From the NCBI GenBank assembly GCA_963816395.1, contig CAWFKQ010000001.1, positions 1-64,000 of the forward strand: DNA of 64,000 bases. Direction: 5' to 3'. The translations under genes were made by a program, and so were the position numbers. Below, piece by piece: positions 36,588-45,885 of this stretch. Source of the DNA: an uncultured delta proteobacterium (lineage in GTDB: Bacteria; Desulfobacterota; Desulfuromonadia; Desulfuromonadales; JACZKF01). A model generated the notes under the pieces. It searched no databases. It saw only the letters and a list, made by a program, of their open reading frames with translations, and was not told the origin of the DNA. Every line of letters starts with the position of its first letter. Position 1 is the first letter of the stretch.

Positions 36588-38149
36588 ATGGCATCCGCCG
36601 ACGAAAAAGTCGTCAATAAATGGCTGATCACGGTCACCGTGATGCTGCCGACGATCATGGAGATCGTCGACACCTCGGTGGCCAACGTCGCCCTTCCGCA
36701 CATGCAGGGGAGCCTGAACGCCGGCACCGACGAGATCACCTGGGTGCTGACCTCCTACCTGGTGGCCAATGCCGTGGTCCTGCCGATGACCGGCTGGCTC
36801 TCGCGCCTGTTCGGGCGCAAGCGCTTCCTGATCACCTGCATCATCCTGTTCACCCTGGCCTCTTTCCTCTGCGGGGCGGCGCCCAACCTCGGCTTCCTCA
36901 TCGTTTTCCGCATTCTGCAGGGGGCGGCCGGCGGGGCGCTGATCCCCAACAGCCAGGCGATCCTGATGGAGACCTTTCCGCCCAAGGAGCAGGGGATGGC
37001 CATGGCCATCTTCGGCATCGGCGCCATGTTCGGGCCGATCATCGGCCCGGCCCTCGGCGGCTACGTCACCGACCAGCTCAACTGGCGCTGGATCTTCTAC
37101 ATCAACCTGCCGATCGGGGTGATCGCGGTGATCATGGCCGCCGCCTTCCTCTTCGATCCCGCCTACTTGCGCAACCGGCAGAAGATCAGCATCGACTACT
37201 GGGGGCTGGCGCTGCTGACCATCGGCTTTCGGCTCCCTGCAGGTGGTGCTCGACAAGGGACAGCAGGACGACTGGTTCCAGTCCTCCTTCATCGTCGCCT
37301 TCGCCATCATTTCCGCTCTTTCCCTGATTCTGCTGATCTTCGTCGAGCTGCGCCATCCGCATCCGATCGTCAACCTGCGGCTGTTCCGAATCGTCTCCTA
37401 TTCGGCCGGCAACTTCCTGATGTTCATCTTCGGCTTCTGCCTGTACAGCGCCATCATGCTCATCCCCCTCTTCCTGCAGACGCTGATGGGCTACGACGCC
37501 ACCCTGGCCGGGATGGTCCTGGCGCCGGGGGGGATCGCCACCCTGATCACCATGCCCTTCGTCGGCGTCGCGCTCTCCCGCGGCGTCGACGGGCGCTGGA
37601 TCGTCCTCTGCGGCCTGTGCATCGGCGCCACGGCGATGTTCATCATGCAGGGGTTCACCCTGGAGGCCTCCTACTGGGACTTCGTCTGGCCGCGGATCGT
37701 CCTCGGCTTCGGTCTGGGGATGATCTTCGTGCCGCTGACGACGGTCACCCTGGCGGCCATCCCCAAGCCGGAGATGGGCAACGCCACCGGCATCTACAAC
37801 CTGCTGCGCAACATCGGCGGCAGCGTCGGCATCGCCGTCTCGGCCACCCTGCTGGCCCGCTTCAGCCAGCTCTACCAGAACGTGCTGGTCGGCCACGTCA
37901 ACCCCTACGATCCCCTCGCCCAGCAGCGTCTGGCCGCCCTCAGCCGCGCCGCCCTCGCCCGGGGAACCGACCCGGTGACCGCCGACCAGACCGCTCTCGC
38001 CACCTTGTACCGAATGGTGCAGCGGCAGGCGGGGATGCTCGCCTACAATCACATCTTCTGGATCCTCGGCATCGCTTTCCTGGCGGTCATTCCCTTCCTG
38101 CTTCCTGCTGCGGAAAGCCAAGGGGAGTGCCCCGGCCGGCCTGCACTGA
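36588..38149 (+). CDS. DHA2/EmrB family MFS efflux permease (frameshifts near 37228 and 38095)
   Basis: DTSVANVALPHM, WVLTSYLVA, WRWIFYINLPIG, RNIGGSVG. Confidence 0.93.
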
Positions 38150-38338
38150 CCCTTCGATAAAGCTTCGGCTGGAAAGTCAGGGAAATAGAGGGGGGCGCCG
38201 AGGGGGCACGGGGCGGGAGGGAGGACGCCGGACATCGGCCGGAAGCGGTCGCGGCGCCTTCGACTGAAAAATGCATTGCAGAGATATCGCCGCCGTCCGG
38301 AAACGGCGGCACAGGCCTATTCGGGCGAACTCAACAGT

Positions 38339-38815
38339 TCATTCGACGGGATACTGGGCGTCCTTCCAGCCGCTGAAGCCTTCGCGGAGCCATCTGACGT
38401 CGCGGTGGCCGGCCCGGATGGCGAGGACGGCCGCTTTGTAGGAGGTCCAACCGTCCGCCCCGACGCAATAGAAGACCACGGTTGCCCCCTTGTTAGGCGG
38501 AAGTTTCCCGACATCGAACTTATCGACCGAGGGGTCGAAATCGATGGTCCGCCCGCTCTTCTCCACATACGAGAGCTGCTTGGCGCTGGGGATATGGCCA
38601 CTGCCGAATTCGCCGGCAGAACGCAAATCGAAAAATTCTGTCCTGCCTTGGTCGAGAAGCTGCTTTGCCGCAACGTGAGAGATGACCTCTCCGCCTTTGA
38701 GTGACGTCGGGGTCACCGGGGCTATGCTTTCCGCCGCCCCCGCCGCCAGGGCGGAGGAGAGGAAAAGCACAGAGATGAACAAAGCGGAACGGGACAACAG
38801 GTGGAAACTCGGCAT
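38339..38815 (-). CDS. Secreted rhodanese-like domain protein
   Basis: Signal peptide, FDLRS, GHIPSA, VFYC, WLREGFSGW. Confidence 0.85.
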   Translation of the reverse strand: MPSFHLLSRSALFISVLFLSSALAAGAAESIAPVTPTSLKGGEVISHVAAKQLLDQGRTEFFDLRSAGEFGSGHIPSAKQLSYVEKSGRTIDFDPSVDKFDVGKLPPNKGATVVFYCVGADGWTSYKAAVLAIRAGHRDVRWLREGFSGWKDAQYPVE

Positions 38816-39198
38816 GTCGGCACCTCCTTTGTAGGCGACTAACGATGTTCTATTGTATAGCATAAATTTACCGTTAGGAAAAATATTATCTAAACTATGC
38901 CTCGTTTTACCATAGTTATCCTATTATACCATTGTTCTACCTAGTCTGACCCGATGAAGCCTGCGCTCCCCTTGCTGAAGGCGCTCTCTTAAACCTGTTC
39001 TTAGGAGAGTTTGCAAGCCGGCGCTTGCCGTTATTTTTAAGATGGAAGGTTGGTTCCGTCGCGGCCCTCGCCCTGACCCGGGCGGCAATGCTACCTCCGG
39101 CTTGTTGCGGGGAGGGGCAGCGAAAAGAGCAACGTTCCGACCGCGGATGTGGTAAAAGACGGCCGACGGTTTTTCCGCGAAGAGAGAGTGAGGGTGAG

Positions 39199-40092
39199 AT
39201 GCCGATAGAGTGGTACCCAGGGCACATGGCGAAGGCGCGGCGGGAGATTGCCGATGCCATCAGGAAATTCGACGTGATCATCGAAGTCCTCGACGCCCGC
39301 CTCCCCGCCTCCAGCTCCAATCCCATTCTTGGCAAGCTGCGCGGCGGAAAACCGTGCATCAAGGTCCTGAATAAGCAAGATCTCGCCGATCCGGCGGTTA
39401 CCCGGGAATGGGTTCGCCACTTCGAGCAGCAGCCCGGCATCCGGGCGCTCCCCCTCGATGCCAAGCAGCGCAGCGCGGCGGGCCTCCTTGCCAAGCTCTG
39501 CCGCCGCCTGGCGTCGCACCGCGGAAAGCCCGGCAAGCCGCTGCGCGCCATGGTCATCGGCATCCCGAACGTCGGCAAGTCGACCCTCATCAATACCTTG
39601 GCCGGCCGACGCATCACCAGGGTCGGCGACAAGCCCGCCATCACCACCTGCGCCCAGCAGGTCGATCTGCGCAACGGCATCCTGCTCTCCGATACCCCGG
39701 GGCTGCTCTGGCCGGACATGAGCAACCAGACCGGAGCCTACCGGCTGGCGGCGAGCGGCGCCATCGGCGATGCGGCCATGGACTATGCCGAGGTGGCCCT
39801 TTTCGCCGCCGACTTCATGGCGCGCCGCTACCCGGACCTCCTCACCGGCCGCTATGGCCTTGATGCCCTGCCGGAGAGCCCGACGGCGATCATCGGGGAA
39901 ATTGGCCGGCGCCGCGGCTGCATCGCGGGCGGCGGGGAAATCGACTTCACACGGGCGGCAGGGCTGTTTCTCCGGGAACTGCGGGGGGGAGTGCTTGGGC
40001 GGCTCAGTTTCGAAGAGCCCGGCGAAAAGTCGGGTGAGAAGCCCATGGGGGAGGACGATGACATGGCGGCGGAGCCGGAGCAGCAATCCTGA
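39199..40092 (+). CDS. ylqF: Ribosome biogenesis GTPase YlqF/RbgA
   Basis: IEWYPGHM, DARLP, NKQD, GIPNVGKSTLIN, DTPG. Confidence 0.95.
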   Translation: MPIEWYPGHMAKARREIADAIRKFDVIIEVLDARLPASSSNPILGKLRGGKPCIKVLNKQDLADPAVTREWVRHFEQQPGIRALPLDAKQRSAAGLLAKLCRRLASHRGKPGKPLRAMVIGIPNVGKSTLINTLAGRRITRVGDKPAITTCAQQVDLRNGILLSDTPGLLWPDMSNQTGAYRLAASGAIGDAAMDYAEVALFAADFMARRYPDLLTGRYGLDALPESPTAIIGEIGRRRGCIAGGGEIDFTRAAGLFLRELRGGVLGRLSFEEPGEKSGEKPMGEDDDMAAEPEQQS

Positions 40093-40372
40093 AAAACCTT
40101 CGAAGCAAAGCCGCTGGCGACCCTCCTGCGGGGCGTATCCTGTGATCGCCCCTGCGCCCATTCGCGGGCAGACCCATCGGCGGTGGCCCGGGCGTGGAGC
40201 ATCAGAGGAAATTCGGGTCAGCTAGACCCCCGCCCGCTGGCAGGTAAAAATATCGCGATCCTTCGCTCCACGAGGCGGCGTTTCTGCAATACTGGAGGAA
40301 AAGAACCCGGAGTGGAGGAAGCGATGAACGGCAGAACGGAAGGGGAAGGGCGGCCGCCGGCCAGGCCGGCTG

Positions 40373-40840
40373 ATGAAAATCTACCTCAACGATCACCTGG
40401 CCGCCTCGGTGGCAACGCGGGAGCTTGCACGCCGCTGCCTGGGGAACAACCCGGACGGCCCCCTGGGGGAGTTCCTCCGGCGCCTGGAGCGGGAGCTGGA
40501 GGACGACCAGAAGAGCCTGCGGGGGGTTTTGGAGCGCTTCGGCGGCATGGAGGATCGGGCCAAGGAGGCGGCGGCCTGGATTGGCGAGAAACTCGGGCGG
40601 CTGAAGCTGAACGGGCAGCTGACGGGGTATTCCGCCCTCAGCCGCCTGGAGGAACTGGAGGCGCTGGTCCTCGGCATCCGCGGGAAAATGGCTTTATGGG
40701 CTTCGCTGGAGGAGGCGGCGGCGAACCAGGAGCGTCTGCGCGGCCTCGACCTCGCGCACCTGCAGGAACGGGCCCGGCGGCAGCACGAGGAGGCCGAGGG
40801 GCACCGGCGGGAGGCGGCGCGGCGGGCGCTGGGGGTTTGA
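40373..40840 (+). CDS. Hypothetical helical protein
   Basis: 155-aa ORF with YLNDHLA and GEKLGRLKLNG...LSRLEELE. Confidence 0.65.
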   Translation: MKIYLNDHLAASVATRELARRCLGNNPDGPLGEFLRRLERELEDDQKSLRGVLERFGGMEDRAKEAAAWIGEKLGRLKLNGQLTGYSALSRLEELEALVLGIRGKMALWASLEEAAANQERLRGLDLAHLQERARRQHEEAEGHRREAARRALGV

Positions 40841-40978
40841 GTTTCGAACGGGTTTATCGCTGAGAACCGCAGCGCTTGCGGTAGCGCGTATCGGTCTGTG
40901 ACCCTCCGCCCCGTACGTACTGCGCGCATGTCTGGGTCGTTACCTGTCCGCTAGACCGAGAAATTTCAACAAGGAAAA

Positions 40979-41000
40979 GGGGTCAAGTCTTTACTCTTGA
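40979..41000 (+). repeat. 22-bp site, copy 1 (GGGGTCAAGTCTTTACTCTTGA); overlaps the transposase stop codon
   Basis: Exact reverse complement of 42412-42433. Confidence 0.9.
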
Positions 41001-41837
41001 TCTTTCAACAATCCGGCTCACCGACGAATAATGCAGGCCGAGCCGGTCGGCGACCTCCTTCTGACTATACCCCCAGCGCTCCACCGCCTCGACGATCCTG
41101 GCGTTCCGTTCCTTGCGGCCCGGTGCCCCGGAGAGCAGATCATCGAGCTCCGGTCGCCCTACCAGACGCTGGCATCTGGGAATTTCGCCGATCTTCGCCT
41201 GGTCTTCGAGAAAGGGTTGGAGCTTTTCGATAAAGCCCTCGCCGCCGAGAGCGATCTGACCCTTCACCCCTTCAAAGGGGCTGTCGGCTTCCATCCCGTC
41301 CCGAACGAAGGCGCAAAAGCGGCGGATCGCCGCAGCCCTCTCCTGCCCGAAACTGCCGAGGACCCAATCGACGCTGAAGCAGGGGTGCGCCTCCTCCATC
41401 CCGCAGGTTCCCCGGTAACTGCTCCAGGGCCAGTCCTCCGGCCCCTTGGCCGCCCCGGCCCGCACCGGGTTGAGGACGACGTAGCGGAGCACCTCCAGCA
41501 GGTGACTCTCCTTCTCGACGAGGATCGCCTTGTAGCGCCCCTGGAAGAGATGCCCGCTCTTGCCGTGCCGGCGGTTGGAGGCCTGGGTGTAGACAGCGCC
41601 CACCTGCCGCATCCCCTTGGAGAGGTTGCCGTCGGGGGTTTCGATGACGAGATGGTAGTGGTTGTCCATCAGGCAGTAGGCGTGGCAGAGCCAGTTGTGG
41701 CGGCGGGCGGTGTGGGCGAGGATGCCGAGGAACCGCTCCCGGTCCTCGTTGTCGACGAAGATGTCCTGCCGGTGGTTGCCCCGGGAGGTGACGTGGTAGA
41801 GGGCGCCGGGATATTCTATGCGCAATGGGCGAGCCAT
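40983..41837 (-). mobile_element. Y1 HUH transposase (RAYT / IS200-like) with C-terminal HTH
   Basis: MARPLRIEYPGALYHVTSRGN, YCLMDNHYHL (HUH), GHLFQGRYK, YVVLNPVRA, WPWSSY; C-terminal YSQKEVADRLGLHYSSVS. Confidence 0.92.
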
Positions 41838-41847
41838 CTTTCTTCTC

Positions 41848-42192
41848 CTATCCCCAGTAGATGCCGGTGGGATCGCGGTCGATCTCCTGGAGGAGAAGGT
41901 CGAAGTCCTTCACCGGGTCAATTTCCATATCGGGATGCCAGCGCGAGTTTCGGTCGGCGAAGTAGAGTGACCAGAGGTTGTCTTGGGGATCATACCGGAA
42001 CTGCGCCACGGGCATTTCCGACCACTGGCCCGGCATGCGGAAGGCGGGGCGGCTTTCGTAGAGGGTGACGGTGTTGCCGCGGAATTTGAAGTTGAGGCGG
42101 ATGTCGTTGTGCAGGTGAGTGGGGATTTTCCTTTGGCAGTAGGCTGTGAGTTTCTTTTCGACGAGTTGTTTGACGAGAGGGGGAAGGGGCAT
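41848..42192 (-). CDS. DUF3024 family protein
   Basis: RGNTVTLYESRP, PVAQFRY, WSLYFADRNSRWH, EIDRDPTGIYWG. Confidence 0.85.
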   Translation of the reverse strand: MPLPPLVKQLVEKKLTAYCQRKIPTHLHNDIRLNFKFRGNTVTLYESRPAFRMPGQWSEMPVAQFRYDPQDNLWSLYFADRNSRWHPDMEIDPVKDFDLLLQEIDRDPTGIYWG

Positions 42193-42249
42193 GGGTTGGG
42201 TCCTTTTCGGAAGGAAGTCCATGAAAGCATAGATGAGGCCGTCTAAAAG

Positions 42250-42271
42250 TCGAGAGTAAAGACTTGACCCC
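42250..42271 (-). repeat. 22-bp site, copy 2 (inverted relative to copy 1, 1 mismatch)
   Basis: TCGAGAGTAAAGACTTGACCCC. Confidence 0.9.
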
Positions 42272-42281
42272 TTGATTTGCT

Positions 42282-42433
42282 AGTGGGGATTTTCCTTCGG
42301 CAGTAGGCTGTGAGTTTCTTTTCGACGAGTTGTTTGACGAGAGGGGGAAAGGGGCATGGGTTGTCCTTTTCGGAATGAAGTCCATGAAAGCATAAATGAG
42401 GCCGACTAAAATCAAGAGTAAAGACTTGACCCC
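42282..42433. repeat. Diverged direct duplication of 42118-42271 (5' end of DUF3024, its upstream region and the site)
   Basis: Near-identical agtggggattttcc...aagacttgacccc blocks about 164 bp apart. Confidence 0.92.
42412..42433 (-). repeat. 22-bp site, copy 3
   Basis: TCAAGAGTAAAGACTTGACCCC. Confidence 0.9.
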
Positions 42434-42941
42434 ATACAGGCCTAGTTCAGCGCTGAAACCGAATGGGTCGGCGAAATGATCCAGCAGGATGCCGCCCGCA
42501 TCCTGGAGCTGCACAACCAAATCAAGACGTTGGAAGCCAAGATGGCCGCTGCTGCGGCACAACCAAGCTGGCCGGATTACTGGCAACCATCCCCGGCTTT
42601 GGCCCCATCTGTACCGCCGAAGTGGTTGGAGAGATCGGCCACGAGGGGCGGTTCGCTAAGGAATCGAGTCTGGCGCTCTACCTGGGAATGGCCATATTGG
42701 ACAACAGCTCCGGCCAATACCAGGGCACCAAAATCCCCCGTCAGATCAACAGTCGCGCCAAGGCGGCAATGATGACTGCGGTGGATCGCCACCGGAAGCA
42801 GATACCAGCCTCCCAGCGCACTACGGGAAGAAACGCGCCGAGGGGAAAGGACACAATCAGGCGATCAGAGCTGGTCGGCATCTGTGCCGAATCATCTTCA
42901 GAATGTTCAAAGAACGGAGGCCCTATATGCCGCCCAGCTGA
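42434..42941 (+). pseudogene. IS110 family transposase, 5'-truncated remnant (C-terminal domain only)
   Basis: LATIPGFGPICTAEVVGEIG...RF...LALYLGMA...SSG, KRAEGKGHNQAIR...RHLCRIIFRM; frameshifted; no N-terminal DEDD domain. Confidence 0.85.
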
Positions 42942-42972
42942 AAATTTTTTCTTGAAATTTCCAGCGGGATGT

Positions 42973-42989
42973 TCAAGTCTTTACTCTTG
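42973..42989 (+). repeat. 22-bp site, partial copy 4 (17 bp, GGGG missing); overlaps the ATPase stop codon
   Basis: TCAAGTCTTTACTCTTG. Confidence 0.85.
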
Positions 42990-44715
42990 TTCTTTCTACC
43001 CTAAATAATTTATCCCCCTGCGACAACTTCACTACAAAATATTTATCCTTGTTCAACTCCTCCGGCAACTTATCCTTCAGAATCGACGCAACAAACTGAA
43101 CGCCCTCCCTGTCCACCAACTGAGAAATCTTCAGAAGCTGATTATCGTGCATCAATTCCTTCTTGTCATTCAGCAAGAAGTGGAAACAGGGGATATTCTC
43201 CTCATCGGCAAACAGGGTATAAGCGATATCAAAGCAGGAAATCTCCCCCTGTTTCTTGCCCGAGCTGAGATTGGCGAAGTTGGTATCAAATACACTAAAC
43301 TTGTACAGCCGCTGTCCTCTCTTGTTAACCGTTGGATCGACCTTCAGAGCATATTGCTCGCCGTAAAGCGCCTGTGAAATCGCTGAAAAAAAGCGGTTAA
43401 ACTTGTTGACTTGGTCCTTGATCCGCTGCTCAAACTCGTCCGAAAAGAGCCCATCGTCAATCGCATCAAGACGCTGACTCAGGGATTGCAGCTCCGTCTC
43501 AACATCCGTCAGCTGCTGAATAATGTTCTCGTACTCCCCTTTTTTTCGGTATTTTTCGTTGAGTTCGGCTATCAGCTTTTCCAGCTCTTCAAACGACTCG
43601 CCGCGGGTAACTGCCGTAGAAAATGCAGCCTCATCCTTCAGAAGCCTATTCAGATGCTCCGATTTGGCCCTGATCTCCCCCTCAATTCTTGGAAGGTCTT
43701 TGGCAATGTACCGGGCTTTTTCCGTGATCATCCGGTTGTGAAACGCGCAGAGATCCTCAAATGTTTTCTGAATCCCCTCTACGCGGTCCGTAGCCTGCCG
43801 GTAGATTTCTTCCAGTTGCCTCAGGTCAATGTTGGAAGCACCTTTCTCCAGATCATCTCTTGCTTCCTCAATCAGATCCCGGCGGATGTTCAACCTGCCG
43901 ATCTCGGAGCTTACCAGGTTGATCTCGTACTTCACCTGATTCAGCCTCCCCTGGTCCGCCTCGAAGTTTTCGTTCAGATTGAAATTCGACTTGCGCCGGT
44001 TCAGAGCATCGATTTCCCCCTCCAGAATAGCCAGCGCCGTCTCGTAAGTCGACTTCGTCTGGTTCCTTTCCAGCCGGGCCTTGAAGTTCTCTTCCAGGCT
44101 GATCTGAGTCAACAGCTTTTGCTTGGTGTCCCCATGGGCGAAATCGCACCCCAGCAAAAACAAGTAGAGGGTTTCATATTCGGCATCACTGGTGTAGCGA
44201 TCCAGGGTCTTCAGGGTATTGGTGATGCTCAGGTCCTTGTATCGAATATTATGAGAGATGATTTGCCTGAAGGTGGGCTTCTTTCCGAAGTGGCAGGGGA
44301 ATAGCAGGTCGGTCAGTTCTTTCTCAAATTCCTCGTCGGTCTTGTTCTCCCCGTTTATTTTCTGGATCTTGCGTTTTCTCGGCAGGAAGTTCCGGTCAAT
44401 CCGGAATTCCCGCGAATCTTTCTCGGCAAGATCTTCCTTCAACACCAGGGTAACGACCACTTCATTATCGAACAGGAAGTCCTTTACCAGCTTGTATTCC
44501 TGTTTCCTATGCTCCGGGTCCGTGTAGATCTGCTTGGCATCCCCGCCGAGGCAGAAGTCGACCAGCATGAGCACGGTAGTCTTCCCCACGTTGTTCCCAG
44601 TCTCGGTGCAGTGGAGGTTCGGGGTCTCGTCGACGATAAGATTGATGCCGTTGTGGAATGGGATCTCCCGGATTATCTCGCCGTGGCTTGTAATAGTGAG
44701 GGTCTTCAGGAACAT
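42973..44715 (-). CDS. SMC-like ABC ATPase (DUF2326) of a Lamassu / ABC-three-component system (LmuB-like)
   Basis: N-terminal Walker A-like GNNVGKTT, long coiled coil, ABC signature-like SSGKKQGE, FLLND. Confidence 0.85.
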   Translation of the reverse strand: MFLKTLTITSHGEIIREIPFHNGINLIVDETPNLHCTETGNNVGKTTVLMLVDFCLGGDAKQIYTDPEHRKQEYKLVKDFLFDNEVVVTLVLKEDLAEKDSREFRIDRNFLPRKRKIQKINGENKTDEEFEKELTDLLFPCHFGKKPTFRQIISHNIRYKDLSITNTLKTLDRYTSDAEYETLYLFLLGCDFAHGDTKQKLLTQISLEENFKARLERNQTKSTYETALAILEGEIDALNRRKSNFNLNENFEADQGRLNQVKYEINLVSSEIGRLNIRRDLIEEARDDLEKGASNIDLRQLEEIYRQATDRVEGIQKTFEDLCAFHNRMITEKARYIAKDLPRIEGEIRAKSEHLNRLLKDEAAFSTAVTRGESFEELEKLIAELNEKYRKKGEYENIIQQLTDVETELQSLSQRLDAIDDGLFSDEFEQRIKDQVNKFNRFFSAISQALYGEQYALKVDPTVNKRGQRLYKFSVFDTNFANLSSGKKQGEISCFDIAYTLFADEENIPCFHFLLNDKKELMHDNQLLKISQLVDREGVQFVASILKDKLPEELNKDKYFVVKLSQGDKLFRVERTRVKT

Positions 44716-44933
44716 AATTGAACCCTCCCCTGATTGTTCAGGCTGACGAGATTCAGCAGAAACAGCCAGTCCAGGCACAGCACGAATACCGGCATGCTCA
44801 TCTGACGATACGGTTGTGTGCTCATGTACAGGTCCAACAGATCCATTGCGGAGTGGCCACGGAGCGCCTGCAGCACGAAGGCGCCGTTATAATAAATACT
44901 CTGTTCCGGGTGGATGTTGTCAGGGAGCAGCAT
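44706..44933 (-). CDS. ABC-three-component middle component (LmuC-like)
   Basis: 75 aa, MLLPDNIHPEQSIYYNG...LCLDWLFLL; overlaps both neighbours. Confidence 0.8.
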   Translation of the reverse strand: MLLPDNIHPEQSIYYNGAFVLQALRGHSAMDLLDLYMSTQPYRQMSMPVFVLCLDWLFLLNLVSLNNQGRVQLCS

Positions 44934-45885
44934 GGGTGTATCCTATCGGGTTCTTGAATATCTTGCAGCGAACAAATGCATCCACCACCAGAATGTTCAC
45001 GCAAAGCGCCAGCTCCTCCCACGGAAGGGGCTCATGATTCAGGCTGTCCTGGACGGTGCCGCCCACGCAATCGGCAACCTTTCGGAACAGAGCATCCCCT
45101 CTGAGCTGTGACTTATGTTCCCGATAATAGCCGCGCATGGCATCAAGCACGGAAAGGCTTTTGTTGGCGCCCCCTCGATCGAAATCGTTGTAGATCCTGT
45201 CGACCCGGCTATGGTGGATCAGGTAGTCGTCGACAATGTCGCGGGAGGCGTCAAGGCCGTTGAATTCGATCTTCTCATCGACCTTGAACGGGACGGTTTC
45301 AACTGCCGAATTGCCCCGCCGCAGGTCCTGCTTTGCCAGGATCTTGATGACGGCGGCAAGATTCGTCTCCAGTTTGCGGACATCGACTTCCGCTCCCAGT
45401 TCCTTCCTGATGAAGTCGGCAATGCGGCGCTGATCGTCCATGTCTAGGGCGGTGATATGTTTCAGAATGGAAGGAACATCAAAGATGTCGCCCTGAGGAT
45501 CGAAAGCGAGTTTATGGGGATTGAGAAACGCTTGGGTACGCAGCGAACCGGCGTCCTTGGAGATGGATATGAACTTGAAGGAATACCCGGCGTAGGCGGA
45601 AAGATCCTTGCCAAGCGCCGATTCCACCTTTACCTTGGTAGCTGTCGCGGAGACCTGCACGACGATCTTGTTCTCGTGGTCGATCAGATCGATAGCTTCT
45701 GCATTCGGTTTGACAGTATTTAGATTCTCCAGCTGCCACCCGAGCAACTCATTGCAGAAATGCAGGTAGAAATTCTCGGAGTGGAGGTGAAGGTCTAGGA
45801 GGTTTAGTTTGCCGCGAACCTCGATTCTGGTCGCGAGGGTAGAAAGCTTCTCTTCGATGTAATTGAAGACGTGTGATCTGTTCAT
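44920..45885 (-). CDS. SMEK-domain effector with ABC-3C C-terminal domain (LmuA-like)
   Basis: NLLDLHLHSENF, LENLN, AIDLID, VQVSAT N-terminus; C-terminal LVVDAFVRCKIFKNP. Confidence 0.8.
   Translation of the reverse strand: MNRSHVFNYIEEKLSTLATRIEVRGKLNLLDLHLHSENFYLHFCNELLGWQLENLNTVKPNAEAIDLIDHENKIVVQVSATATKVKVESALGKDLSAYAGYSFKFISISKDAGSLRTQAFLNPHKLAFDPQGDIFDVPSILKHITALDMDDQRRIADFIRKELGAEVDVRKLETNLAAVIKILAKQDLRRGNSAVETVPFKVDEKIEFNGLDASRDIVDDYLIHHSRVDRIYNDFDRGGANKSLSVLDAMRGYYREHKSQLRGDALFRKVADCVGGTVQDSLNHEPLPWEELALCVNILVVDAFVRCKIFKNPIGYTHAAP

Noticed and set aside
40979..42989. The 22-bp repeats as a CRISPR array or integron attC sites
   Set aside because: Mixed orientations, irregular spacing of 0.16-1.3 kb, no cas or intI gene, and no RYYYAAC...GTTRRRY attC structure.
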